Positions 42,749-52,546 of a DNA stretch of 64,000 bases are shown piece after piece. The notes under the pieces were generated by a model, which saw only the letters and a program-made list of their open reading frames with translations, was not told where the DNA came from and did not search any database. Location: contig CBDBKE010000003.1 of the NCBI GenBank assembly GCA_965206645.1, positions 832,001 through 896,000 on the forward strand, given 5' to 3'. Origin of the DNA: Terriglobia bacterium. Its GTDB lineage: Bacteria > Acidobacteriota > Terriglobia > JAJPHL01 > JAPKYU01. The first letter of the stretch is position 1. Each line of letters starts with the position of its first letter. The translations under genes and the position numbers were made by a program.

Positions 42749-43666
42749 CTATTGTGCCACCCTCCGACATACCCCTTGAAAGTAGGTGAGAAGTGATATC
42801 GCCCTGAAACTATTCTGCTCAGTCGCATAACTGACGGATTCACCGTGCAGTACTTGGTGCCGATTGAGTGCGTCGAACAAAACACCTCTTTCCTTTTCGT
42901 TGGCCCATAATGGGTTATTTGTTCTCGGCTCCCTCGGCTCCAGAAGGTTCAACATCGTTGCAACATATTGGAGTTGGGGATCATTCCTGAAGTCTCGCAT
43001 CGTAGATGTCAGCTTGTTCTTCTGGAGGACATTCTTACGAAACTGATCCCGCCAAATCCCATCGGCCTGAGAAAGGAATGCTGGAACTGACAGTGTATAT
43101 TGTCCTGCTCTGTGAGCCTCGAATGCATCATGAAGGATTTGACTGCGAAGGGGATATGACTTGGATAGTTCACTCTCTATTGAATCTATCCGCATCCTAA
43201 AATGAGAACAAATGGCATCTGTTTTCCCACTACTATCATTCGCCCCTAACGAGTCCGTAAAGAGCTGAAGTTGCTCTATAGGTGTGTCCGGACTCAAGAA
43301 CCACCCGTGAGTGCTCAGCGTTTCCAAGCACTCCTGTTGTTGTGTACTCAATTGCTCAAGCCGAACTACGATCGACGTGATCTTCTTTTTGATCTCTGCC
43401 GTTGCCTCCCCGATGGTACTTGTCGGGCCTTGCTGAAGCCACAACACAGTCAGCCGCTGAAGATCTTGAGTGTGTCGATTTAAACATTCGTCATCTTCTT
43501 CCGGACTGGGTCCCGACGCATCAATCGTAAGGTCGTGTCGAGCAGATTTCATCTCTTCAATTTCGCACATATCGGAGAAACCGGAAGGCACGCCATCTAT
43601 CCAGGATTTCCTTTTTGGCCATCGCAGCAAGGTTAGGATAGCTGACCCGGAATTGCCATGCAGCAT
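42749..43666 (-). CDS. Hypothetical protein with C-terminal HEPN-like RxxxxH motif
   Basis: LNRHQVLHGES, lower GC than flanking core genes. Confidence 0.65.
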   Translation of the reverse strand: MLHGNSGSAILTLLRWPKRKSWIDGVPSGFSDMCEIEEMKSARHDLTIDASGPSPEEDDECLNRHTQDLQRLTVLWLQQGPTSTIGEATAEIKKKITSIVVRLEQLSTQQQECLETLSTHGWFLSPDTPIEQLQLFTDSLGANDSSGKTDAICSHFRMRIDSIESELSKSYPLRSQILHDAFEAHRAGQYTLSVPAFLSQADGIWRDQFRKNVLQKNKLTSTMRDFRNDPQLQYVATMLNLLEPREPRTNNPLWANEKERGVLFDALNRHQVLHGESVSYATEQNSFRAISLLTYFQGVCRRVAQ

Positions 43667-43685
43667 TTTTCTGTGTTCCTGTCGC

Positions 43686-43747
43686 GTTCAACCCTCCGTT
43701 CAAACCCGCGCGGGGCGTCAAACACGGTGCGAAGGGCGCGTTTAGGC
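43686..43747. other. attC-like (integron cassette) site
   Basis: GTTCAAC-N5-GTTCAAAC...GTTTAGGC imperfect palindrome, 19 bp from the start of the 305-aa gene. Confidence 0.45.
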
Positions 43748-44206
43748 TGACCCGGGGCCATGCGACGACACCTCTCCGACGTGGCCCCTCAGCAACTCCT
43801 CATTCCGGCCGCTTCGCGAGGCGCTTTAGCCATACAGGTCGGGTTGCTGAGCAACCAGGGCGACTCCGGGACACAGCCGGCGGGCCTCGGCAATGGATGT
43901 CCCGGTCCGGATGCCGCTGCGCTTGGCGAGCTCGTTGGCCGCGATCACGCAGCTATGGACCGCATCGGCGAAGGGAATCACTCCGATGGGACGGTCCTGC
44001 AAGCGAGGGTCGGCCTGCTCTTCGCAGGCCGCAAAGAAGCCGTCGGAATCGACGTACAGACGCTCCGGCTGGAGAGGTTTTCGCAGGAGGGTACTGTCAA
44101 GTTGAGCAGAATCCGCCCGTTTTGCGGAAGGATTCTGCTGGATCAGAGACTGAGAATCAATGACTTAGCGGTGGCGGCGGGCGGCGAGAATGCCGCCAAA
44201 CTACTT

Positions 44207-44220
44207 AACTTGACAGTACC
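44207..44220. mobile_element. Solo IS6-type terminal repeat
   Basis: AACTTGACAGTACC, identical to the right end of the IS6 at 50864-51667. Confidence 0.6.
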
Positions 44221-44562
44221 CCCCGGAGTGCCTCCAGATGACACGCCGAAGCTCACCTCCCTCCTGGCACTTTATTGAATCACCGCCCGGTTCTCGACAG
44301 AATAGAATTTGCTCTGCGTGACTGGGCCAAGGTTTCCAGCAACGTGGAGGCGACTTCCCTAGCCCCTCCTACGGCGAAGATGGTGATCTCCTCCTGCCCG
44401 GCTCCTGACCCAGTGGGACAAGTTCGGCCGGCCAGCACCAGCCGCTGGCGATCATCCCGGCCGGCTGGTTGGCCGGCGGGTTAGGTTGTTAGTTTGGCAA
44501 AGCCCAGGTGTGAAACGCTGCTATTATGGCAGCAGATCGCCCTATCGCGCGAATGTAAGAGC

Positions 44563-44883
44563 ATGCCCGATAAGCCCAAATTCGAGGGACCCGACCGGCG
44601 TCAGCGGTACCGGGTCACCAACGAGGTCAAGATCCTGGTCAAGGCTGGCAAGTTGTTTTCCCAAGTGGGAAGCGTCAAGAACCTCACCCGCAATGGAATC
44701 TTTTTTGAGGCTTTTGGTGATTACCAGCCGGGCATGGGGATGGAAGTCATGTTTCCCTACGACCCATCAAAGCCCTCGATGGAACGGCCCATGAGTGCCG
44801 AAGTCGTGCGGGTCCAAGAAATCGAAGGCTCAATCAAAAAGGGCGTGGCCATCAAGCTGCTTGGCATTTTCCTGAAACCCTAA
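44563..44883 (+). CDS. Single-domain PilZ protein
   Basis: DRRQRYR, NLTRNG and AEVVRV...GVAI. Confidence 0.75.
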   Translation: MPDKPKFEGPDRRQRYRVTNEVKILVKAGKLFSQVGSVKNLTRNGIFFEAFGDYQPGMGMEVMFPYDPSKPSMERPMSAEVVRVQEIEGSIKKGVAIKLLGIFLKP

Positions 44884-45041
44884 ACAAATTGCAGGAAAAA
44901 CTGCGCCCCAGCCCCCAAGTGTCTTTTGTTCCCACGCCCCGCGCAGCAGTTGGTGCAATTTATCGAGTCGCCATTGCTCGGGAGCACTCACCTCCGCTGA
45001 TTCAGGTTTTCACTTCCCTCCGCCGCATTGGCGCCCCGCAC

Positions 45042-45430
45042 TCAAGACCATCGCCGCCAGCGACGTTCTGCTTGCCGCACTTGCTGCTCGTTCAGGCCGA
45101 AGTAATGTCCCACCTCGTGCCAAAGCGTCTCCCGGACGATTTGCCGAAGGTGTCTTTCGTTGCGCGCCAGCCGCTCGATCGGTCCCCGATAAATGGAGAC
45201 CTTGTCGGGCAGTACCAAGCCGTAGCCCGTAGTGCGCTGGGTCAGCGGGACCCCGTGGTAGAGCCCGAGCAGTGTGGAGTCGAGTGGGCAGTCTGCTCGT
45301 TCGAGGTCCTCTGCACTCGGTTCTTCCTCGATCGCGATTGCCACGTTGGCGATGCGGCGGCGGAAGTGCGCCGGGATTTGCAGACAAGCCTCCTCGACTA
45401 GGCGGGCAAACTCCTCCCGCTTGATGTGAC
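45042..45430 (-). CDS. Minimal zincin-like metallopeptidase family protein (start uncertain)
   Basis: LLGLYHGVPL, PDKVSIYRGPI and HEVGHYFG. Confidence 0.85.
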
Positions 45431-45567
45431 GCGCACGCTTACCGGCCTGTAGCTTGTGGCTCGTGCCGAATAGCTTATCACGCGGGAAAATGCACGCTGG
45501 AGCAAGCTCCGCACGGCCGGGCGCGCTTGCCGTTGCATTGTGATACACTGCACAAACAGCCGGCCTC

Positions 45568-47676
45568 ATGCTTAGCCTGGTTGTTCCCACATACAACGAA
45601 CGGCACAACCTGCCGACGCTGCTTGAGCGTCTGCAGTCGGCCCTGGCCGACTGCGGCGAGCCGTTTGAGGTGATCGTCGTGGATGACGACAGCCCTGACG
45701 GTACGGCCGCCGCAGCTCGCTCCCTTCAGCCAAGATTCCCCTGGCTGCGGGTCCGTGCCCGCAAGCACCAGCGCGACCTATCTACGGCGGTACTGGCCGG
45801 CTGGTTTGAAGGACGCGGCGACATTCTGGGCGTGATTGACGGCGACCTGCAGCACCCGCCGGAGTTGCTGCCCACCTTGCTCCGCCGTTTGAAAGAAACG
45901 GGCGCCGACCTGGTGATTGCCAGCCGCCACGTCCGCGGCGGCGGCGTCAGCCGCTGGAGTCCCCTGCGGCGCCTGATCTCCTGGGGTGCCACCCTGATGG
46001 CCGGTTTTATCCTGCCGGGCACGCTCAGCCGCGTGCGCGACCCGATGTCCGGCTACTTCTTGGTGCGCCGCGCCATCATCGAAGGCGCTCCGCTGCGTCC
46101 GGTGGGGTACAAGATCCTGCTGGAAGTGCTGGCTAAGGGCGAATATCAAGAGGTCGAGGAAATCCCCTACATTTTCCAGGAGCGTCTCCGCGGCGGCAGC
46201 AAGCTGAGTGCGCGCCACGGCTGGCAATACCTGCTGCACCTGACCTCGATCGCCCTGGACACCGGCGAGCTGCGCCGCGTGCTTTCCTACGGGGCCGTCG
46301 GTTTCTCCGGCGCGATCGTAAACCTGGGCGCACTGGCAGCGCTGGTGCGTCTGGTCGGTCTGCCCGCTTCGGTCGCCCTGCCAGGAGCGACGGCACTGGC
46401 CATCGTGAACAATTTTGCGCTGAACGACCGCTTTAGCTTTCCTGAGGCGCGCCGCAGAAACCCCGGCCCTGCTGCCACATTCACTCGATTCCTGCGGTTC
46501 CTTTGGATCGTGCTGGCCGGCGTGCTGCTGAATTTCTCTATCGCCATCGCACTGATTCGCTTTGCACAGGTGCCACTGGAGCTGGCCGTGTTGTGCGGCA
46601 TCAGCGCCGCGGCTTGCTGGAATTTCCTGCTGAACTCGCGCGTCACTTGGCGGGCCTGGTGGGATCGCAGCGTGCACCTGCGGCGCTGGCGAAGCGCCGC
46701 CGTGCCACCACCCCCGTCCGACCTGGCCTGCAATCTGTGTGGCGGACGGCAATTTGTGGTGCTGTTCCGCGGGCGCGGCTCCAGGCCGGTCGGACGCCCG
46801 GAGCTGTTCTGTTGCACCAGCATGGACCACGGTGACTACACCAACATTCTGCGCTGCGTCTCCTGCTCACTGGTGGTGCTGGCGCCCTCCGATCCGGTGC
46901 CCGAAGTTGAACAGTTCTACCGCGGCGTGGAAGACCCGCTGTACTTGCGCGAGGAGCGGGGGCGTGTGCGCACCTTCGACCGCTTGACGGACGAGATCGG
47001 AGAGCTGCGCAGCGGCGGGCGCCTGCTCGATGTGGGTTGCTATACGGGCGTCTTCCTGGAGCGGGCCCAGCGGCGGGGCTGGGAGGTCACCGGCCTGGAA
47101 CCCAGCCAATGGGCGGCCGGCGTGGCGCGCAGCCGCGGCCTGAACGTCCTCGAAGGATTGCTGGCGGAAAACAACCTGCCGCCGGAAAGTTTTGACGTCG
47201 TCACCGTATGGGATGCCATCGAGCATTTTGGCGACCCGCGCGCCGAGATCGACCGCCTGGCCCATCTGCTAAAACCCGGCGGGCTGCTGGCTCTCTCCAC
47301 CATGGACGTGGAAAGCGGGTTTGCCCGCCTGTTGGGACCGCGCTGGCCCTGGTTCATGCGCATGCACCTGTATTACTTTTCTCCGGACACGCTGCGCGCC
47401 TTGCTGGCGCAGTGCAACCTGGAAGTGGCCAGGGTGCGGCGCCACCGGCGAATCGTCAGTGCACGCTATCTGTTGGAAAAAGCTGCGGCACAGTTTCCGT
47501 GGGCGAGCGGAGCTCTGGTCCTGCTGGCCCGGTTGCCCTTGCTGGGGCGAGTTCACCTGCCGGTGAACTTCGGTGACATCATCAACGTCTGCGCGATTAA
47601 GACGACGCAGCCTGTCGCTGTCGATGCAACCCCCGCGGCAGAAACGAGAGAAAATCCGACGACCCACAGACGATGA
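45568..47676 (+). CDS. Fusion of GT2 (polyprenol-phosphate mannosyltransferase-like), GtrA-like flippase and class I SAM methyltransferase
   Basis: VVPTYNE, DDDSPDGT, IDGDLQHPP, DPMSG. Four-TM GtrA-like segment. CNLC/CVSC, LLDVGCYTG, WDAIEH, LKPGG. Confidence 0.88.
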   Translation: MLSLVVPTYNERHNLPTLLERLQSALADCGEPFEVIVVDDDSPDGTAAAARSLQPRFPWLRVRARKHQRDLSTAVLAGWFEGRGDILGVIDGDLQHPPELLPTLLRRLKETGADLVIASRHVRGGGVSRWSPLRRLISWGATLMAGFILPGTLSRVRDPMSGYFLVRRAIIEGAPLRPVGYKILLEVLAKGEYQEVEEIPYIFQERLRGGSKLSARHGWQYLLHLTSIALDTGELRRVLSYGAVGFSGAIVNLGALAALVRLVGLPASVALPGATALAIVNNFALNDRFSFPEARRRNPGPAATFTRFLRFLWIVLAGVLLNFSIAIALIRFAQVPLELAVLCGISAAACWNFLLNSRVTWRAWWDRSVHLRRWRSAAVPPPPSDLACNLCGGRQFVVLFRGRGSRPVGRPELFCCTSMDHGDYTNILRCVSCSLVVLAPSDPVPEVEQFYRGVEDPLYLREERGRVRTFDRLTDEIGELRSGGRLLDVGCYTGVFLERAQRRGWEVTGLEPSQWAAGVARSRGLNVLEGLLAENNLPPESFDVVTVWDAIEHFGDPRAEIDRLAHLLKPGGLLALSTMDVESGFARLLGPRWPWFMRMHLYYFSPDTLRALLAQCNLEVARVRRHRRIVSARYLLEKAAAQFPWASGALVLLARLPLLGRVHLPVNFGDIINVCAIKTTQPVAVDATPAAETRENPTTHRR

Positions 47677-47682
47677 CAGTAG

Positions 47683-48944
47683 TGACCTGCCCCCCTTCAA
47701 TCGGTCCAGTTGATAAGTTAGAGGTTAGGGTACGGACTGGACATGGAAGGGGGGAGGAATGCCGAAGAAGCGATATCCAGCCGAACAGATCATCCGACAT
47801 CTACGAGAGGCGGAAGTGGAGCTGGCCAAGGGCCAGACAACGGGAGGGGTCTGTCGGAAGTTGGGAATTACGGAGCAGACCTATTACCGATGGCGGAAGG
47901 AGTACGGGAGCTTACGAGTGGATCAGGTGAGGCGTCTGAAGGAACTGGAAGGGGAGAATGGCCGACTGAAGAAGTTGGTAGCAGATCAGGCGTTGGACCT
48001 TGCGATTCTGAAGGAGACATCCTCGGGAAACTTCTGAGCCCGCCCCGACGGCGGCAGGCAGTGAAGCATGTCTGCCAAGCCATGGGGGTGTCGGAGCGGC
48101 GGGCGTGTCGGGTGGTAGGACAGAATCGATCCACGCAACGGCATCGAACCTTGGCGCCACAGGATGAACCGAGCCTGGCAACTCGGACGCTGCAGTTAGC
48201 CGGCGAGTACGGCCGTTATGGCTATCGGCGGATCACGGCGCTGTTGCGCCGGGAGGGGTGGCGGGTGAACCACAAGCGGGTAGAGAGAATCTGGCGGCAG
48301 GAGGGACTGAAAGTGCCGAAGAAACAGCCCCGCAGAGGCCGGCTGTGGTTGAACGATGGGTCGTGCCTTCGGTTAAGACCGTGCTGGCAGGATCATGTCT
48401 GGGCGTACGATTTTGTGGCAGATCGAACCCACGATGGTCGTCCACTGAAGATCTTGACGGTGGTGGATGAATACACGCGAGAGTGTTTGGCGATCGACGT
48501 AGAACGGCGAGCCGATTCGATGAGTGTTTTGGAACGGCTAGCAGCCTTGTTTGTGGAGCGGGGAGTTCCCGATTACCTTCGCTCGGATAATGGGTCCGAG
48601 TTCACCGCTCGGTTGGTACGGGACTGGCTGGAACGGGTCGGGGTGAAAACCCTGTTCATCGAGCCTGCGAGCCCCTGGGAAAACGGGTATGTGGAATCGT
48701 TTAACGGGAAGTTTCGAGACGAGCTTCTGAATGGAGAGATCTTTTACACCTTGCGGGAAGCGAAGGTGTTGATTGAGGGATGGCGGCGGGAGTATAACAG
48801 AGTTCGCCCGCACAGCGCGTTGGGCTACCGGCCGCCAGCCCCGGAAGTGATCCTGCCGTTACCGCCGGGTTCCGCTCCGCTCCACCCGGCTGCAACGGCG
48901 TATGGACTACCATGGAAGGTGGACCAATAACCGGGGGCAGGTCA
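47683..48944 (+). mobile_element. IS3-family element, apparently intact (orfA 47759-48037, orfB to 48930)
   Basis: IRs TGACCTGCCCCC / GGGGGCAGGTCA, GGGAAAC slip site, WAYDF, SDNGSEF, YVESF. Confidence 0.95.
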
Positions 48945-49068
48945 AGGCCGAACTGAACGATTTCTGGCACATTTCTAGCACAGTTTGAGGCGAACAGGTC
49001 GATTTTTGATGCGCCATGGAAGTAGGGTTTGTTGAGAATGAAGGAGTTAGGTGTTAGGAGGCACGTAT

Positions 49069-49110
49069 GGGCGGTTAGCTCAGTTGGTCAGAGCGCCTGC
49101 CTTACAAGCA
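49069..49110 (+). tRNA. 5' half of tRNA-Val(TAC), non-functional, att-like
   Basis: GGGCGGTTAGCTCAGTTGGTCAGAGCGCCTGCCTTACAAGCA. Similarity stops within the 3' strand of the anticodon stem. Confidence 0.85.
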
Positions 49111-49319
49111 CTGAACTCCTCTCTATTGCGTCTATCTGCTTCTATATTGTTCAATAACTTAGGGACTCTGCTTTTCGCTCAAAGCTAATCCCAACCGACT
49201 CAGATTCGGGGGTTTTGTCACGGTTTTGTCACGGTCGTAAATCGGTCCTCGCAAGTCCCTTACACAGTTTATTCACACCTCGTCACCAGGCATTCCTCCC
49301 CACGAAATCGTCACCTACA

Positions 49320-49725
49320 TTCATCACGCCGGGAATCTCGGCGCTTCAGCTCCAGAGACAACTGGGGTTGAGCCGCTACGAGACCTCCTGGACGATGCTC
49401 CAGCGCCTGAGGGCAGCGATGGTTCGACCAAAGCGGGACAGAATATCGGGACCCGTAAAAGTCGACGAGACCTACGTGGGAGGTCGGGCGAGCTGGCGGT
49501 CGGTTACGCAACAGCAAAAAAGTCATTGTAGTTGGGGCAGTTGAGGCCCGAGGTCGGTGATCGGGGCGCATTCGCCTGGCCGCTGTAAAAGATGTATCGG
49601 CAGCGTCACTTGCCACCTTCGTCGAGCAATCCGTGGCGCCTGGAAGCATCGTTCTGACTGATGCTTGGCAAGGCTACGCACCACTCGGAATGCGGGGTTA
49701 CGATCACCGGCCGAAGACGCAGGGG
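49320..49725 (+). mobile_element. Degenerate IS1595-family transposase fragment
   Basis: GISALQLQRQLGL...VDETYVGG...TDAWQGY with frameshifts and a stop. Confidence 0.8.
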
Positions 49726-49878
49726 TGACCTGACCGGCACTTTTTGTACCAAGTGGAAAGAGAGAGAATCCACTTGAGGAGGAAGTCAGGTCATGCCAAC
49801 CCGGAATTACAAACCAGAGCAGATCGTAACGATCCTACGGCAGATTGAGGTGCAGATGGCGAACGGGAAGACCAGCAA
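49726..49878 (+). mobile_element. Left end and orfA start of an IS3 closely related to copies 1 and 2
   Basis: Same IRL TGACCTGACCGGCACTTTTTGTACCAAG, MPTRNYKPEQIV, truncated. Confidence 0.85.
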
Positions 49879-49940
49879 TCTATCCCGGGACGTCCGCTGC
49901 CATCATCGGTGCGCTAAAGCGTGGCCGGCATTGCGACCAT

Positions 49941-50234
49941 TCATGGTTCGTCGTGTCTAACCTTTTGCCGCAGGAGTTGGTCCACGTCTACCACCTTCCC
50001 GCCCCGGCGAACCTCGGGCAACGACTCGCGTCCTTTTGCTTGTTCAAGATCCTCCATATCGAGCCGCTGAAGCTCGCGCTTGAGATGAAAGGTCTCACGC
50101 TCGGCCTTGATCGCCGTCTTCAGCGCAGGCGATTTCGGCGTCAGTTCCCGCCGTAACTTGAAGGCGACCTCGGACAGGCCGACGTGAGCCTCGGCTACCG
50201 TTCTGAGCAGATACTGGCGTTCGTCTTCGGTCAT
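49941..50234 (-). CDS. Hypothetical helical protein (97 aa)
   Basis: Protein-like composition, MTEDERQYLL... Confidence 0.55.
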   Translation of the reverse strand: MTEDERQYLLRTVAEAHVGLSEVAFKLRRELTPKSPALKTAIKAERETFHLKRELQRLDMEDLEQAKGRESLPEVRRGGKVVDVDQLLRQKVRHDEP

Positions 50235-50387
50235 GTTCGTCAGAATTGTACGAAACTGAGACACTACCACCAATTGACTTGCGGCGCATCGACATCCACC
50301 CTACTCTAATCTTTCGATCCGGGGCCAACTCCTGGCATGGAGGAGTGAATTGCATACTGAAAACTCCCCGTTCGAATGGGAGGAACT

Positions 50388-50837
50388 ATGAGGACCGCTC
50401 ATTCCAGAGCTTCCGCTTCTTCTCGATGGCGTTACTGGAAGACGCCGGTGCTGTTTGGCATCGGATTCTGTGTCCTGCAACTTCTGGTCGCCCTAGCCCG
50501 ATTCGGCTCCATGGATTCTTGGAATCCAGCGGAATTGCTGTTTGCGATTCCGGCCATACTGTCCGGACTGATCCTGTTCTTTCTGGGCGGCTTGCTGATC
50601 GGGTTGCTGGCGCAACGCTTCTTGAGAGGAGTTGTCGGGTCCTGGCGCAGAGGGTTATGGGTCGCCATCGCGGTGGCGACTCCGCTTGCCGTACTGTTCA
50701 GCCTTGTCGGCGGATTGCTCGGCCCCCATATGGTGGTTATAGGTGCCCTCGTTCCGTACCTGCTCCTGGTCGGAATCCCTCTGTTGATCCGGCAATTCGT
50801 GCAGCGTCTCCGCAGTCCGCCTAGACCGGAGGAGTGA
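50388..50837 (+). CDS. Hypothetical four-TM membrane protein
   Basis: GGAGG RBS, four hydrophobic segments. Confidence 0.7.
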   Translation: MRTAHSRASASSRWRYWKTPVLFGIGFCVLQLLVALARFGSMDSWNPAELLFAIPAILSGLILFFLGGLLIGLLAQRFLRGVVGSWRRGLWVAIAVATPLAVLFSLVGGLLGPHMVVIGALVPYLLLVGIPLLIRQFVQRLRSPPRPEE

Positions 50838-50863
50838 TTAGCGCCCGTGCCCGGATTGACGGC

Positions 50864-51667
50864 GGTACTGTCAAGTTCAGTGGGAGCGTGGCAGACTTGG
50901 CCGATGAAACGCGACACGCTGAACTACCATGGATATCGATTCCCACCCGACATTATCAGCCACGCCGTCTGGCTGTATCACCGCTTCGGTGTGAGCTTTC
51001 GCGATGTCGAAGATCTCCTGGCCCAACGCGGCATTACGGTGTCCTACGAAGCGATCCGGCTGTGGTGCCTCACGTTCGGTTCAGTATACGCTCGCCGGCT
51101 CAAGCGTCGACAGGGCCGGCTGGGCGACATCTGGCACCTGGACGAGGTCTTCGTCACCATCCAGGGACAGCGGCGCTATCTCTGGCGTGCCGTCGATCAA
51201 GATGGTGACGTCATCGATATCCTCGTCCAGTCGCGTCGCGACTGTCGGGCGGCTACACGCTTTTTCCGCAAGCTGTTGAAGGGCCAGGAGCGTACGCCTG
51301 GGCGGTTGGTCACCGACAAGCTGAGCAGCTACAGGGCTGCGCACCGAGCGGTCATGCCGTCCGTCGCCCATCGCACGGACCGATACGAGAACAATCGCGC
51401 CGAAGTCTCCCACCAGCCCACACGGCAACGCGAGCGACAAATGCGCCGGTTCAAATCTCCCGGGCAGGCACAACGATTCTTGTCCGTGCATGGACTCGTC
51501 CGCAACCTCTTCCGCGTTGGCCGTCACCTGGTGCGAGCGGTGCATCATCGGGAGCTACGAGGACGCTCTTTTCTCATTTGGGATGCAGTCACGATCGCCG
51601 CCTGACTCGAACTGAGATCACGATCCCGAGTACCGGCTCGCTCGACGAACGCTAACTTGACAGTACC
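50864..51667 (+). mobile_element. IS6-family element, intact transposase (50904-51605)
   Basis: IRs GGTACTGTCAAGTT / AACTTGACAGTACC. WHLDE, VTDK, NNRAE. Confidence 0.95.
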
Positions 51668-51944
51668 TCCGCCGGGACGCCTCTAGCCACAGTCCATCCT
51701 CGCAGAATCTCGGGCACCGGTTGGCTGGTCGGGAGCGCCATGGCCTACCACTCCTCCCCCACCTACTGGTAGAAGCAGTAGCATTTTATCGAGTTTGGAT
51801 CGACGGCGTCAAGATCCCAGTGCGGCACAAGCACTTTATTATTCAAATAGTTATGGACGAAGCCGGACGCCGCTGGACCATATGGGCTAGCAACGGAACC
51901 GCTCCTGGTCCTTGCCGAAGAGTGGTCGACCAGCGTGGAGACGG

Positions 51945-52421
51945 TTACCCACGCCTCAACCATCGAGCCAGCGCCTTGTCCGGATCGGGCAGTTCCTCGA
52001 TCGAGGCATACCAACTGGCTTCCCAGCCGGTTTCCGGAAGGCCGGTGAACAACATCAAGTTGAGGGGGTAGCCTTCGCTGTCGGTACAACGCCGGAAATC
52101 GTCCCGGAACAGGAAGACCGGCTTCTCCCAGGCGATCGCCATGCCCAGCTCCACCATGACGCCCTCGTCGGGGGGACAGCCGTTGACAACTGCAAATAAC
52201 CCATCCGCCTCGCGGACGTCGCGAAGATCGGCCTGACCGATCTGGTACGCCCAAGTCGGACTCGTCTGGTCGATCTGGTTGTTGCGGGCAAACGGCTCCC
52301 ACACCTCGGCGCCCATCGATTCCAGTTTCTCCACGAGTTCCTGCAGCGGCCCCTCTCGTTGCTGTGCCGAGAAGCCGTACGGATTGGCCAGATACAGAGT
52401 CTTTTTCGATACCATGCTCAT
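51945..52421 (-). CDS. Nucleoside 2-deoxyribosyltransferase-family protein
   Basis: LYLANPYGFS, DLRDVREAD, PDEGVMVELGMA and NLM motifs. Confidence 0.88.
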   Translation of the reverse strand: MSMVSKKTLYLANPYGFSAQQREGPLQELVEKLESMGAEVWEPFARNNQIDQTSPTWAYQIGQADLRDVREADGLFAVVNGCPPDEGVMVELGMAIAWEKPVFLFRDDFRRCTDSEGYPLNLMLFTGLPETGWEASWYASIEELPDPDKALARWLRRG

Positions 52422-52546
52422 TCCAGCAAACCTCCGGAAGCGGGCCGACGTAAAGCGCGTCGGGCAATTAAACCATATCCCGCCTCACGCCGTCCCGTGC
52501 TCCCGCACACTCTCCCGTCCTCTAAGAATGTACTCGCAGGCCCTTA

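Noticed and set aside
43760-44278. 172-aa plus-strand ORF
   Set aside because: No recognisable motif, and it runs through an IHF-like site and an IS6 end.
49069-49300. tRNA-Val as an intron-containing or permuted tRNA
   Set aside because: The break is in the anticodon stem rather than the loop, and no 3' half or intron core was seen in the window.
52497-52516. GTGCTCCCGCACAC resembling the start of an I-E repeat
   Set aside because: The second arm of the hairpin is absent, so it is probably chance.
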